Source of the DNA: Bacteriovoracia bacterium
GTDB lineage: Bacteria; Bdellovibrionota; UBA1018; JBFWNL01
NCBI GenBank assembly: GCA_050251055.1
Contig: JBFWNL010000009.1
Location: forward strand, 32,001 to 96,000
Reading direction: 5' to 3'
Length of the DNA: 64,000 nt
The notes under the pieces: generated by a model
Databases searched by the model: none
Told to the model about the DNA's origin: nothing
What the model saw: only the letters and a program-made list of their open reading frames with translations
Shown: in pieces, positions 31,633-40,778 of the stretch
How positions within the stretch are numbered: the stretch's first letter is position 1
Layout of the letters: every line of letters begins with the position of its first letter
Position numbers and translations under genes: made by a program

Positions 31633-32229
31633 ATGAAAACCGTAAATTGGATCCTGATCCTATCCGCCCTTACTCTCTCGGCGAGTGCCGCCCGGGCGGA
31701 TCACCGCTACGATAAATGGAAGGGCGTCGCCGAAGACATCGTCCTGGTAACGAACAACATGCTGCAAGGCGTGAAGAACGGCATTGAACCCGGTAAGATG
31801 TGCTACTACACCGGCCAACTCCATGACCGTCTCAAGGCGCTCTGGTGGCAAGCCGAGTACGCCCGCGACGCTGAGGAAATTTTCGTGCTCTCGAAACTCG
31901 TCGGTGCGAAATTCCCCGCCGACAGCATGCCCGGCTACATGGCGGCCAGCGTCCGCGAACAACGCAAAGCCCTTTGGGACTTGTTGCTCGAGCAAGAAAA
32001 CGCCGTCGCGCTGAACCGCGAAGTCTACAAGCAGGTCGCCGGACAAAGGAAGCTCGAAGAGCAATCCAAAGCCGTTTCTGATTTAGCCGACAAGGTCGCC
32101 AAAACCACCTGCGTGGTTGGTCCCGACGCTGAAGACAAGGAACCGGCGTTGACCGTCTTACTGGAGGTCACTCAGAAGAATTCAGAGTTCTACCAAGCCA
32201 TCAAAGCCGCTTCGAAAACCAAGCTTTGA
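31633..32229 (+). CDS. Secreted helical hypothetical protein, divergent from the TIGR02147 gene
   Basis: GGAGG RBS; signal peptide ending ARA. Confidence 0.75.
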   Translation: MKTVNWILILSALTLSASAARADHRYDKWKGVAEDIVLVTNNMLQGVKNGIEPGKMCYYTGQLHDRLKALWWQAEYARDAEEIFVLSKLVGAKFPADSMPGYMAASVREQRKALWDLLLEQENAVALNREVYKQVAGQRKLEEQSKAVSDLADKVAKTTCVVGPDAEDKEPALTVLLEVTQKNSEFYQAIKAASKTKL

Positions 32230-32244
32230 TCGCAAGTGACGTGG

Positions 32245-32285
32245 AGCGGGAAGCGCGAACGTTAGCTACGGACACGCTTCCCGCT
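32245..32285 (+). terminator. Inverted repeat after 31633-32229 (possible terminator)
   Basis: AGCGGGAAGCG / CGCTTCCCGCT 11-bp arms; no long U tract. Confidence 0.4.
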
Positions 32286-32319
32286 TGACGCCCCGGCCTT
32301 TCGGGGCAAGATTGGGCGC

Positions 32320-33114
32320 ATGACCGTCCCCGCCCCAGAAAACCTCGCCCATCTGGCCGCCGCGCTCTACCGCGCCCGGCGCGAACGCAAACCCTGTCCG
32401 CCGCTCACGCAAACGGCGCCCGGCCTCACGTTAGCCGATGCGTACCGGATTTCAGAAATCAATCACTTCGAACGCCTCAAAGAGCCCGGCGTGAAGCCCG
32501 TCGGCAAAAAAATTGGTCTGACTTCGAAGGCGGTGCAAAAACAACTCAGCGTTTACGAGCCCGACTACGGATACCTTACGAGCGATATGCTCGTCATGGA
32601 CGGCGCCACCGCCCCAATCGGTGAACTCATCCAACCGCGCGCCGAAGGCGAAGTCGCGTTCGTGCTCAAAACCGATCTCATCGGCCCCGGGATCACGTCG
32701 CAGCAGGTAGCCGCCGCCATCGATCACGCGGTCGTGTGCATCGAAATCATCGATTCACGCGTCGCCGACTGGAAGATCAAGATCCAGGACACCATCGCCG
32801 ATAACGCCTCTTCGGCGATGTTCGTACTGGGTGCGCGGAAGATACCGGTGAAAGACATCGATCTGCGCCTGGCCGGGATGACCCTTTGGAAGAACGGCGA
32901 GGTCGAATCCAGTGGCTGCGGCGCTGCTTGCCTAAACCACCCGTTCAATGCGGTGGCGTGGCTCGCCAACGCCATGGCCAAGCACGCGGTCCCGCTACGC
33001 GCGGGCGACATCTTGCTCTCGGGCGCCTATGGACCCGTCGTGCCCGTCAAAGCCGGGGATCAGGTCGAAGTGGAAATCAAGGGTCTGGGGAGAGTTTCAT
33101 GTCGGTTTCAATGA
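32320..33114 (+). CDS. amnF: 2-keto-4-pentenoate hydratase (MhpD/AmnF-like)
   Basis: GKKIGLTSKAVQKQL, EPDYG, QPRAEGE, EIIDSR, DTIADNAS. Confidence 0.88.
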   Translation: MTVPAPENLAHLAAALYRARRERKPCPPLTQTAPGLTLADAYRISEINHFERLKEPGVKPVGKKIGLTSKAVQKQLSVYEPDYGYLTSDMLVMDGATAPIGELIQPRAEGEVAFVLKTDLIGPGITSQQVAAAIDHAVVCIEIIDSRVADWKIKIQDTIADNASSAMFVLGARKIPVKDIDLRLAGMTLWKNGEVESSGCGAACLNHPFNAVAWLANAMAKHAVPLRAGDILLSGAYGPVVPVKAGDQVEVEIKGLGRVSCRFQ

Positions 33115-33899
33115 ATTTAGACGGGCTGGCCGAGCGCCTGGACCAGGCGTACGTGCAGAATCGCGATCTGCCTCGCCTCACGCTGGAACATCCCGCGCTC
33201 ACGGTCGACGACGGCTACGCGATCCAAAAGAAAGTCGTGCAATACCGCCTGAATCGCGGCGACGTGACCTTCGGCATGAAGATGGGCCTTACTTCCAAGG
33301 CCAAGATGAGTCAGATGGGCGTGCAGTTTCCGATCGTGGGCGTGCTGACCGACCGCATGCGCGTGCTCCCCGGCGATGGCCTGGAGTTCAAGAAACTGAT
33401 TCACCCCCGCGTGGAGCCGGAGGTGGCGTTCGTGCTTAAACTGCCGATCCGGCGTGCGCTTTCCAGGGCCGAAGCCTTCGCCCACTGCGCCTACGTCTGC
33501 GCGGCGATCGAGATCATCGATTCGCGTTACCTGAATTTCGATTTCCGCCTACCGGATGTGCTGGCGGACAACTGCTCGGCCGCGCACTTCGTGCTCGGGC
33601 CCCTGGTGGCCCCCGAGGCCCTCAACGACGGCACGCCTGAGTTTGGCTTGGGAAATCTGGGCATGATCCTGCAGATCGACGGGGAAGGCGTGCAGTTCGG
33701 ATCTTCGAACGCGATCATGGGCCACCCGCTGGAGTCGCTCGTCGAACTTTCCCGCATGTGCGAGGCACGCGGGATCGAAGTGCCCGCCGGCCAAGTGATC
33801 CTGGCGGGATCTTCCACCGCGGCCGTCGCCGTGGAGCGCGGCAGCCGCGTCGAGGTCGAGGTTCAAAAGCTCGGCCGCGTCGCCGTGGATTTCCGCTAA
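33111..33899 (+). CDS. amnE: 4-oxalocrotonate decarboxylase (AmnE/DmpH-like)
   Basis: GMKMGLTSKAKMSQMGV, IHPRVEPE, EIIDSRY, DVLADNCS; ATGA overlap with the hydratase. Confidence 0.85.
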   Translation: MNLDGLAERLDQAYVQNRDLPRLTLEHPALTVDDGYAIQKKVVQYRLNRGDVTFGMKMGLTSKAKMSQMGVQFPIVGVLTDRMRVLPGDGLEFKKLIHPRVEPEVAFVLKLPIRRALSRAEAFAHCAYVCAAIEIIDSRYLNFDFRLPDVLADNCSAAHFVLGPLVAPEALNDGTPEFGLGNLGMILQIDGEGVQFGSSNAIMGHPLESLVELSRMCEARGIEVPAGQVILAGSSTAAVAVERGSRVEVEVQKLGRVAVDFR

Positions 33900-33909
33900 T
33901 CCAAATCGC

Positions 33910-35247
33910 TTAGTTAAAATCCCGTCCCAGCTTTTCCAGCCGGCGGCGGTAGCTGAAATGCTCCACCTCGTGGATGTGGCGTGAACTCGAAAGGTACCGG
34001 ATCCCACGACCGAGTTCGAGGGCATGCTCCCCGCCCTGAACGCGCTTGGCGCGCGCGAACTTCTTGGCGTGGGCAGCGGCCGGGGGCACGATACTGGCTC
34101 CTTGAGCTTCTCGTCGAGCCTTCGCATAGCGCACGTACGCCTGGGCTTGGCAGTCGAGCAAACCCCAAACCCCGCTATCCGGCTGGATGAGCCCGATGAT
34201 CGCCAGGTCATCGTACTCGGGGTGGAAAACGTGGAGGTGAAAGCGCGGAAAGCCCTCCCGCCGGTTCAACAACTCGTCCGACAAATAGGGAACCGTGACG
34301 TGATATCCGGTGGCATACACGACGAGGTCGATTTCTTCCCGGGTGCCGTCTTGAAAAACCACGGTCCGGCCGGCAAACTCGCGCACGTTAGGCTTGGCGT
34401 GCAGATCCCCGTGGCCGAGATAGTAGAAAATCTGGGAATTAATGATGGGGTGGCTTTCGAAGAGTCGGTGATCCGGCTTGGGGAGGCCGAACTTTTGCGG
34501 GTCTCCCTGCACCATTTTCAAGAGTATATTATTAAAAAAACGGCGAACCACCAGCGGCACGCGCAGCCGAAGCGAGATCTCGCCCAACTGATCGGCGGGC
34601 ACGCCAAAGGCGTACTTCGGAATATAGTGATACCCCCGCCGCACGCTGTGGAAGGCCGCGGTTGCGTGCTGGGCGGCCTCGACCGCGATATCGCAACCGG
34701 AATTGCCCGCCCCGATCACCAGCACGCGCTTTCCGCGCAGGAGATCCGGAGTTTTATACTGGGCCGAGTGCAGACTTTCCCCTGCGAACGACCCAGGATA
34801 GTTTGGGAGTTTTGGGTCCCAGTTGAAACCGCTCGCGACGATTAACCCTGAGTAACGACTTTCGCGAGTTTCGCCGGTGGCGAGATCGCGCGTGACCACC
34901 CGCCAGTCCCAGGCGGCTTCACGATGAGCGCTCGCCACTTCGGTTCGAAAGCGGATCTTCGAGCCCAGACGATTTTTGTCGGCGTAAGCCCGTAGATAGG
35001 CGAGCGCCTGCCGATGATTGGGATAATCCGGATACTCTTTGGGCATAGGAAAATCCGTGTACTCGGTCAGGGGCTTTGACGAGATCATGTGCACGGACTG
35101 ATAGACCGTGCTGCGGGTATTACCGATGTTCCAAACGCCGCCGAGATCGGACTCACGCTCGAAAATATCGCAATCCCAGCCATGCTCGAGTAGATTTTTC
35201 GCCGCGGCCAGGCCCGAAGGGCCGGCGCCGACCACGCAATACTTCAT
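33910..35247 (-). CDS. Flavin-containing monooxygenase (class B, FMO type)
   Basis: GAGPSG, GGVW, FAGESLHSAQYK FMO fingerprint, GAGNSG, ATGY. Confidence 0.92.
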   Translation of the reverse strand: MKYCVVGAGPSGLAAAKNLLEHGWDCDIFERESDLGGVWNIGNTRSTVYQSVHMISSKPLTEYTDFPMPKEYPDYPNHRQALAYLRAYADKNRLGSKIRFRTEVASAHREAAWDWRVVTRDLATGETRESRYSGLIVASGFNWDPKLPNYPGSFAGESLHSAQYKTPDLLRGKRVLVIGAGNSGCDIAVEAAQHATAAFHSVRRGYHYIPKYAFGVPADQLGEISLRLRVPLVVRRFFNNILLKMVQGDPQKFGLPKPDHRLFESHPIINSQIFYYLGHGDLHAKPNVREFAGRTVVFQDGTREEIDLVVYATGYHVTVPYLSDELLNRREGFPRFHLHVFHPEYDDLAIIGLIQPDSGVWGLLDCQAQAYVRYAKARREAQGASIVPPAAAHAKKFARAKRVQGGEHALELGRGIRYLSSSRHIHEVEHFSYRRRLEKLGRDFN

Positions 35248-35277
35248 TCGTCCCCGGTTTTAGGCTAGCATGGGCCA

Positions 35278-35892
35278 ATGGCCAAGGAGATTTTCATATT
35301 CCGGCATGGCGAAACGGATTGGAACCGCGAAGAGCGATTCCAAGGACATACGGATATACCCCTGAATGACACCGGAAGGGCGCAGGCGCTACGGCTGATC
35401 GGACCCCTGCGGCAACGGGGAATCGAAGCCATCTTGAGTAGTGACCTGAGCCGCGCCCGAGAAACTGCGGAAATCGTTGCCCAGGCTTTGGGGATCCCCG
35501 TACATGTTCATGCCGGATTACGGGAAGCCCACCTAGGCGTCGCCCAAGGGTTGACTCGCCAGGAAATCGAACGCCAGCTGGGCCGGGAAATCGCCGACCG
35601 TTGGCGCTCCAACCAAGTCACCGACGCCGACGTCAGCTACCCCGGCGGCGAAGCGGCGGCCGTCGTGCTCTCCCGCTCACGGGACGCGATCCGGGAGTTT
35701 GCGCGCACCCACCCCTGCCAGCGGTTTGGCGTCGCGAGCCATGGCGGGGTCATTCGGCGACTCATGCATTCGTTGCTGAATGCCCCCGGTGCCCACGTTC
35801 CCATTCCCAACGGAATCCTCTATCCGCTCTATTGGCATTCCAATGCCGATCAGCTGACGCCGGCGCCCTACACCAGCTGGCGACGCCCCTGA
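35278..35892 (+). CDS. Histidine phosphatase (phosphoglycerate mutase family)
   Basis: RHGETDWN, SSDLSRA, LRE, SHGG. Confidence 0.92.
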   Translation: MAKEIFIFRHGETDWNREERFQGHTDIPLNDTGRAQALRLIGPLRQRGIEAILSSDLSRARETAEIVAQALGIPVHVHAGLREAHLGVAQGLTRQEIERQLGREIADRWRSNQVTDADVSYPGGEAAAVVLSRSRDAIREFARTHPCQRFGVASHGGVIRRLMHSLLNAPGAHVPIPNGILYPLYWHSNADQLTPAPYTSWRRP

Positions 35893-35914
35893 AACCCGTA
35901 AAGATAGGTAGATT

Positions 35915-38110
35915 TTAGCGAGACTCGGCGGCGCCGATCCCGATGGTCACCCAGCCCGCGACGGGGTACGATTGTCCATGATAACTCACGGTCGCGCTGC
36001 CCGCGTTCACGGTCGCCGCCAAGTTCCCCGAAGCATCGGCGCTGAACTCAACCATCTCCCCCCCAAATCCGCCGGGCAGGCTAATTGAGTCGGCTCGCAC
36101 CACTTCGCCCGTATCGGGGTTCAAGAATACAAAGTAAACGTCACCGCCCGCATTCGACTCGTCAAAATCGACCGAAGCGATGGTCGAGGTAGGATTGCGG
36201 ATCGACATGTCACCTTGAAAAGTGCTCCCTACGAATAGGCGGCCGTCTCCCGTCCATTTCAGGGTGGGAACATTTCCTCCCTGATCCGTAAACACCCGAC
36301 TGAACACCACCGCGCCGTTCCCATTAAAGCGAACCAAGCCCAGCTCACCGGTTGCGCCCGCCGCCCAGCCTCCCACTACGCCAGCGAGCGCCGTTTCGTC
36401 GAAGATCTGGACATTGCCGAAGCCGGTTGTCGTGACGTATACCCCGCCTTCCCCATCGAGAAGCAAATTGTAGTTATAGTTAGCACCCGTGGTACCCAAA
36501 GAGCGTGCGAAAGTGAGCGCACCCGCCGGTGAAATTTTTGCCAAGAACACGTCGTAGTTTCCTATGTGATTCAAGTTGCCGACGGTGACGCCAGCCGTGT
36601 TCTTGATCGTTCCGGCCGCGCTAAAGATACCTCCCGCGTATGCATTTCCTTCGCTGTCGACCTTGACGTTTTGGCAACCGTCCAAACCAGCGCTCGCAAA
36701 ACCCACCTGGTAGCCGATGGCTCCGACCGCAGTCAGCTTTAGCAAGTACCCGTCCGAAAATCCCGCCGAGGCCGCGAAAGTATAAAGCGAGGCTCCGCTC
36801 ACGCCATCGACAATTGAGGGTGTGCCCGTGCGGGCGCCACAGTAGTAAGCGTTTCCGGCCGAGTCGAGGGCCATACTACTGACCGGCGTCGATATGTCGG
36901 TGTTGATGTTTCGCGCCCACTGCAAAGTTCCGTGAGCGTCGACCTTCAGGATCGTGGTTTCCGCGCCAAGGCCTTGGGATACCAGCGTCTCGACTAACCC
37001 CCCGTCATCGCTGATCGTTGGTGGTCCAGTATGACGTAGCGTGAGCCAAAAATTTCCGGAAGCGTCTATCTTGTAGTTCGCGATGTCGTCATGTCCGCCC
37101 GACTGAAACGCGCGCGAGTAAGTCAGGTCTCCATCCGCATTGAACCTGGCCCAATAGAAGTCGTTGTTGGCCGTTTGAGGAATCGTCGAGATCTCGACAT
37201 GATTGCCGCTCGCGTCTATGGCTAGGAGCGAGAGGGCTCCCGCACCCGCCGCTCCCAGAAAGACCTCGCCTTCTGGTCCCACCTCAAAATAAGGACCAAC
37301 TATACTACCGCCGGTATCCATGACCCGAGCCAAGAGAAATTCTCCGGCGGAAGAAAACTTCAGGAGGACAATCCCCGCTCCGGAGTTCGGAATAACCGTT
37401 ACCACCGGGGCGGACGGCGCCGTGGGGTCGAAAACCTCAAAACGGGCCTGGGTGTAACCGACTACCCACACGTCTCCCGACGACGTCGGTTGAATGAATA
37501 GGATATCTTGGCTGTCTCCCCCGTGCAGGCCGCGCACCCAAAGCAGATTTCCGAATCGATCGTACTTCGCCAGTGCCGTATCCGAGGTATTACCGGTATC
37601 CGCGTTCGCAATCGTCGAAATGGTCCCCGAAGCAACAGAAAATTGTAAATCGCTCGACCAGTACTTGAAGGCCTGAAACACATTTCCCTCGTGGTCAGTG
37701 ACCGACTTCAAGTTGGATTCTTCGGGCACGCCCGCCACCGATCGCACCCAATCCGGGCGTGTGCCCTGCACATCGACCGTGGCCGATGCTTCCGCCGTCT
37801 GCCCACCCGCGGCGGTGACGATCACCCGATACGAACCGTGGTCGCTAAACCGGGCCTTGGTCACCGTGTATTGGCTAGAATTGGCGCCAGCGATCGCTTG
37901 GCCGTCCAGATACCACTGATAGGTTAAATTCTTTCCGAGAGCCTCCACGGACAATGACACTTCGTCGAGATACTCTCGCACCGTCGCATCCGTCGGCGCC
38001 GTCACGATCACGGGAGTGCTGGAAGCAGCCGGATTAAAAAGCGCCGTGCGCAAGCAACCGGTCAGCGAGACCGCCATCCCGAAAATAAGGATGATGCGTC
38101 GATAAAACAC
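35915..38110 (-). CDS. Lipoprotein with an Ig domain and SBBP-like beta-propeller repeats
   Basis: Lipobox LTGC; LTYQWYLDGQAIAGA Ig motif; repeated DxxGN...D..L.K...G..W. Confidence 0.8.
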   Translation of the reverse strand: MFYRRIILIFGMAVSLTGCLRTALFNPAASSTPVIVTAPTDATVREYLDEVSLSVEALGKNLTYQWYLDGQAIAGANSSQYTVTKARFSDHGSYRVIVTAAGGQTAEASATVDVQGTRPDWVRSVAGVPEESNLKSVTDHEGNVFQAFKYWSSDLQFSVASGTISTIANADTGNTSDTALAKYDRFGNLLWVRGLHGGDSQDILFIQPTSSGDVWVVGYTQARFEVFDPTAPSAPVVTVIPNSGAGIVLLKFSSAGEFLLARVMDTGGSIVGPYFEVGPEGEVFLGAAGAGALSLLAIDASGNHVEISTIPQTANNDFYWARFNADGDLTYSRAFQSGGHDDIANYKIDASGNFWLTLRHTGPPTISDDGGLVETLVSQGLGAETTILKVDAHGTLQWARNINTDISTPVSSMALDSAGNAYYCGARTGTPSIVDGVSGASLYTFAASAGFSDGYLLKLTAVGAIGYQVGFASAGLDGCQNVKVDSEGNAYAGGIFSAAGTIKNTAGVTVGNLNHIGNYDVFLAKISPAGALTFARSLGTTGANYNYNLLLDGEGGVYVTTTGFGNVQIFDETALAGVVGGWAAGATGELGLVRFNGNGAVVFSRVFTDQGGNVPTLKWTGDGRLFVGSTFQGDMSIRNPTSTIASVDFDESNAGGDVYFVFLNPDTGEVVRADSISLPGGFGGEMVEFSADASGNLAATVNAGSATVSYHGQSYPVAGWVTIGIGAAESR

Positions 38111-38367
38111 GAGAATTCAAAACCTCCACTTACGTTCCGCCGAGTCGAAATTAACTGTAACTTAAGGATATCACGCCGCTAACCCCTTTCGGAATGTGTC
38201 ACCAGGACCCCAGTCCTGCTGCCAAAGTATGAATTCCATTCAGATAAATAGGCCACCCCGCGTAGGCTCAGTAAACGCGGGTGCACTTAAAACCTAGCTT
38301 ACGCGCCGGGAGGGTCGCTCCCCTGATCGTTTTGCGGAATACTGGAACCAAGCCACAGGGGGGCACC

Positions 38368-38718
38368 ATGAAAAAAAATTTCAAACTTCGTTTCACTACT
38401 TACACGCTTGCTCTGATTGTCATCGCCGCCGGACTAACGCCCAACGCGGACGCCACCGTCCGTCAATGCAAGTGCGCTTGCAAAGGCGAACACGGACGAG
38501 CCACCTACCTGATTGACGTCCCGGACGACGCCAACGCCGTGAAGGTCTGTCAAAACCTAGTTGCGCGCACCTGCAAACTCGACCTCACGGATGAAATCGG
38601 CACCTTTACTAGCTGCAGCGTGATCTCCGCCGCGCGCGAGATTTTTGAAGGTGATTTGGGAATTGAATCGTCAATCGACGCTTCCGCCGCCGATTTTGAG
38701 GCTTACGAAAAAAATTGA
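38368..38718 (+). CDS. Small secreted Cys-rich protein
   Basis: Signal peptide; CKCAC plus three further Cys; acidic tail. Confidence 0.65.
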   Translation: MKKNFKLRFTTYTLALIVIAAGLTPNADATVRQCKCACKGEHGRATYLIDVPDDANAVKVCQNLVARTCKLDLTDEIGTFTSCSVISAAREIFEGDLGIESSIDASAADFEAYEKN

Positions 38719-38728
38719 TTTGGTCCCC

Positions 38729-38765
38729 GCGGGCGCGCTCGGCCCCGACGCGCCCGCATTTTTTT
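38729..38765 (+). terminator. Intrinsic terminator
   Basis: GCGGGCGCG / CGCGCCCGC stem followed by T7. Confidence 0.75.
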
Positions 38766-39438
38766 AAATACCGGCAAAGCTCGTTTGGCCGGAGATTTTT
38801 TCCTTAATAAACAGAAACGACTTGCGGTGAATGGGCAGAACGCCCCGTTCATTCACGGCAAGTTTATGCTTCGGCGTCGGATAACCCTTGTGCTTGGCGA
38901 GGCCATAGCCCGGATAAATCCCATCGAACTCCGTCATCAGCCGATCGCGCCAGACTTTCGCCAAGATTGAAGCGCAAGCAATACTGAGCGACTTCGCGTC
39001 GCCCTTTACGATCGCCGTGCAACGCCCGTGGAGTTGCTTCGGCGGCGCATTGCCGTCGACGAGCACATGCTCCGGCTGTACTGACATCGTCTGTACCGCG
39101 CGGAACATTGCGAGTCTCGCGGCGTGGTAGATATTGATCTGGTCGATTTCTTCCACGCTGGCCATCGCGATCGCGTGGGAACGCACCCAGCCTTGAATCA
39201 AGGGCGCTAGTTCCTCGCGCTTTTCCTCACTGAGTTGCTTGCTATCGGTGACTTCGCGTAGCCAAGGATGAGCATCGTAGTCCACCGTGGAGGGCAGAAC
39301 CACCGCGCCGGCCACGACCGGGCCCGCAATGCACCCCAAGCCCACTTCGTCCACGCCCGCGACAATGCGCGAGGGAAAGCCCGCCGCCTGCTCGTAAGCG
39401 AGCGTCGGTCCTTCCCCCTCTGGAGCCTTTTTCATCAT
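38764..39438 (-). CDS. rnhB: Ribonuclease HII
   Basis: GVDEVG, AGPVVA, DSKQLS, LVDGN, KGDAKS, HKGYPT. Confidence 0.96.
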   Translation of the reverse strand: MMKKAPEGEGPTLAYEQAAGFPSRIVAGVDEVGLGCIAGPVVAGAVVLPSTVDYDAHPWLREVTDSKQLSEEKREELAPLIQGWVRSHAIAMASVEEIDQINIYHAARLAMFRAVQTMSVQPEHVLVDGNAPPKQLHGRCTAIVKGDAKSLSIACASILAKVWRDRLMTEFDGIYPGYGLAKHKGYPTPKHKLAVNERGVLPIHRKSFLFIKEKISGQTSFAGI

Positions 39439-39462
39439 CTAAAAAGAGTTGAATGGTTAAAC

Positions 39463-39936
39463 TTAGGCCTTGGCCGAAGCTTTAGCGGCGGCCGCAGCCT
39501 TGGCCTTCGCCGTGGCGGCGCCCGCTTCAGCTTCCGTCTCTTCGCGGTCGATCTTCGCAGCCTTGCCTTCGAGCCCACGGAGGTAATAGAGCTTCGCGCG
39601 GCGAACCTTACCGGCTTGCACGACGTCCACGCTGGCTACGGTCGGCGAGTGATCCATGAACACGCGCTCGACGCCCACGCCGTGGGACATCTTGCGGACG
39701 GTGAAGGACTTATAGCCCGCGTTGCGACGGCCGATACAAACGCCTTCGTACGCTTGGATACGCTCTTTTTCGCCTTCTTTAATGCGGACGTTCACGCGGA
39801 CGGTGTCGCCCGGCTTAAAGGGGGCAAGCTTCTTTTCCACCGATTTCGTGACGGAATTCACGACATCCATGAGGCCCGGGCCACGGGCGTTGCGGGATTT
39901 AGCGGCTTTTTTTGCCTTAACGAGTTTCTGAGTCAT
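39463..39936 (-). CDS. rplS: 50S ribosomal protein L19
   Basis: [35 protein letters not shown]; AGGAG RBS before ATG 39936. Confidence 0.96.
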   Translation of the reverse strand: MTQKLVKAKKAAKSRNARGPGLMDVVNSVTKSVEKKLAPFKPGDTVRVNVRIKEGEKERIQAYEGVCIGRRNAGYKSFTVRKMSHGVGVERVFMDHSPTVASVDVVQAGKVRRAKLYYLRGLEGKAAKIDREETEAEAGAATAKAKAAAAAKASAKA

Positions 39937-40020
39937 GTCTAACTCCTGGTAACGAGGTTTACTTACATTCCTGCTTAGCCAAAACCGCGCGTGAGCCAAA
40001 ACCAAAACGGCGCGCGGTGG

Positions 40021-40602
40021 TTACAGTCCGAACAGCCGATCGAGAATGCACGCGACGGCGGATCGAACGGAGAGGTGGTTATACCCCTCGGGCGAGTTGC
40101 CTTCCGGCCCGTATATCGGAGCTAAGATCCGATGCACCTCGGGATAGAAGACTTCCGAAACTCCCCAGCCCGTACCAAAAACCACTGCGGCGGGTTTGGT
40201 ACGATTGGGGTCCGCCAACTCTTTACGCATTTGCGCGTAGCTGACGTTGTTCGGAAACGCGCTGGCGTCGGTGAGAATCACTTCGGGATCCTCCCCGCAT
40301 TCAGCGCGAATGGCGGCTTTTACCTCGTCGAAATTGCGGACCAACCGGGCCAGGGAAACCGCCTCCACGCGGTCCGGATGGTATCGTTTCGATTCTTCCG
40401 ATCGCCAGTGACTCAGGATGCGACCGATCAGCTCGTGCTGATCGTCGATCGGCGTCACCAGAAAGTATCCGCGCGCGCCATAGGTGCGAGCGGTCCTTGA
40501 GATATCGTGCACGTCCATGTTGGTCACCGCAGTGGTCACCAACTCTCCCCGGCGATTTCGAATCGGGTAGTGGAGTAGTACGACGTAAACCGGAGCTTTC
40601 AC
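40021..40602 (-). CDS. SPOUT-class RNA methyltransferase (TrmD-associated, Methyltrn_RNA_4 type)
   Basis: LLHYP, TTAVTNMDVHDISR, FGTGWG, YNHLSVRSA. Confidence 0.88.
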   Translation of the reverse strand: MKAPVYVVLLHYPIRNRRGELVTTAVTNMDVHDISRTARTYGARGYFLVTPIDDQHELIGRILSHWRSEESKRYHPDRVEAVSLARLVRNFDEVKAAIRAECGEDPEVILTDASAFPNNVSYAQMRKELADPNRTKPAAVVFGTGWGVSEVFYPEVHRILAPIYGPEGNSPEGYNHLSVRSAVACILDRLFGL

Positions 40603-40778
40603 AACGAATCGAAAGACTTAGCATTCATGGGGGGGTAGAGCAATGGCGTTAATCGTATTGAGAGCCTATTGTAAGCGATTGATATTATTAAATTTATATT
40701 AGCAGATTGGATCCAGTAAAGATTGACTAATTAAGTATGTTTTTATATACCCGCCCCGAGCCAAAAGGAACGTCCCGC

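Noticed and set aside
32886-33110. Extended N-terminus of the decarboxylase ORF
   Set aside because: Lies inside the hydratase gene; the ATGA coupling at 33111 marks the start
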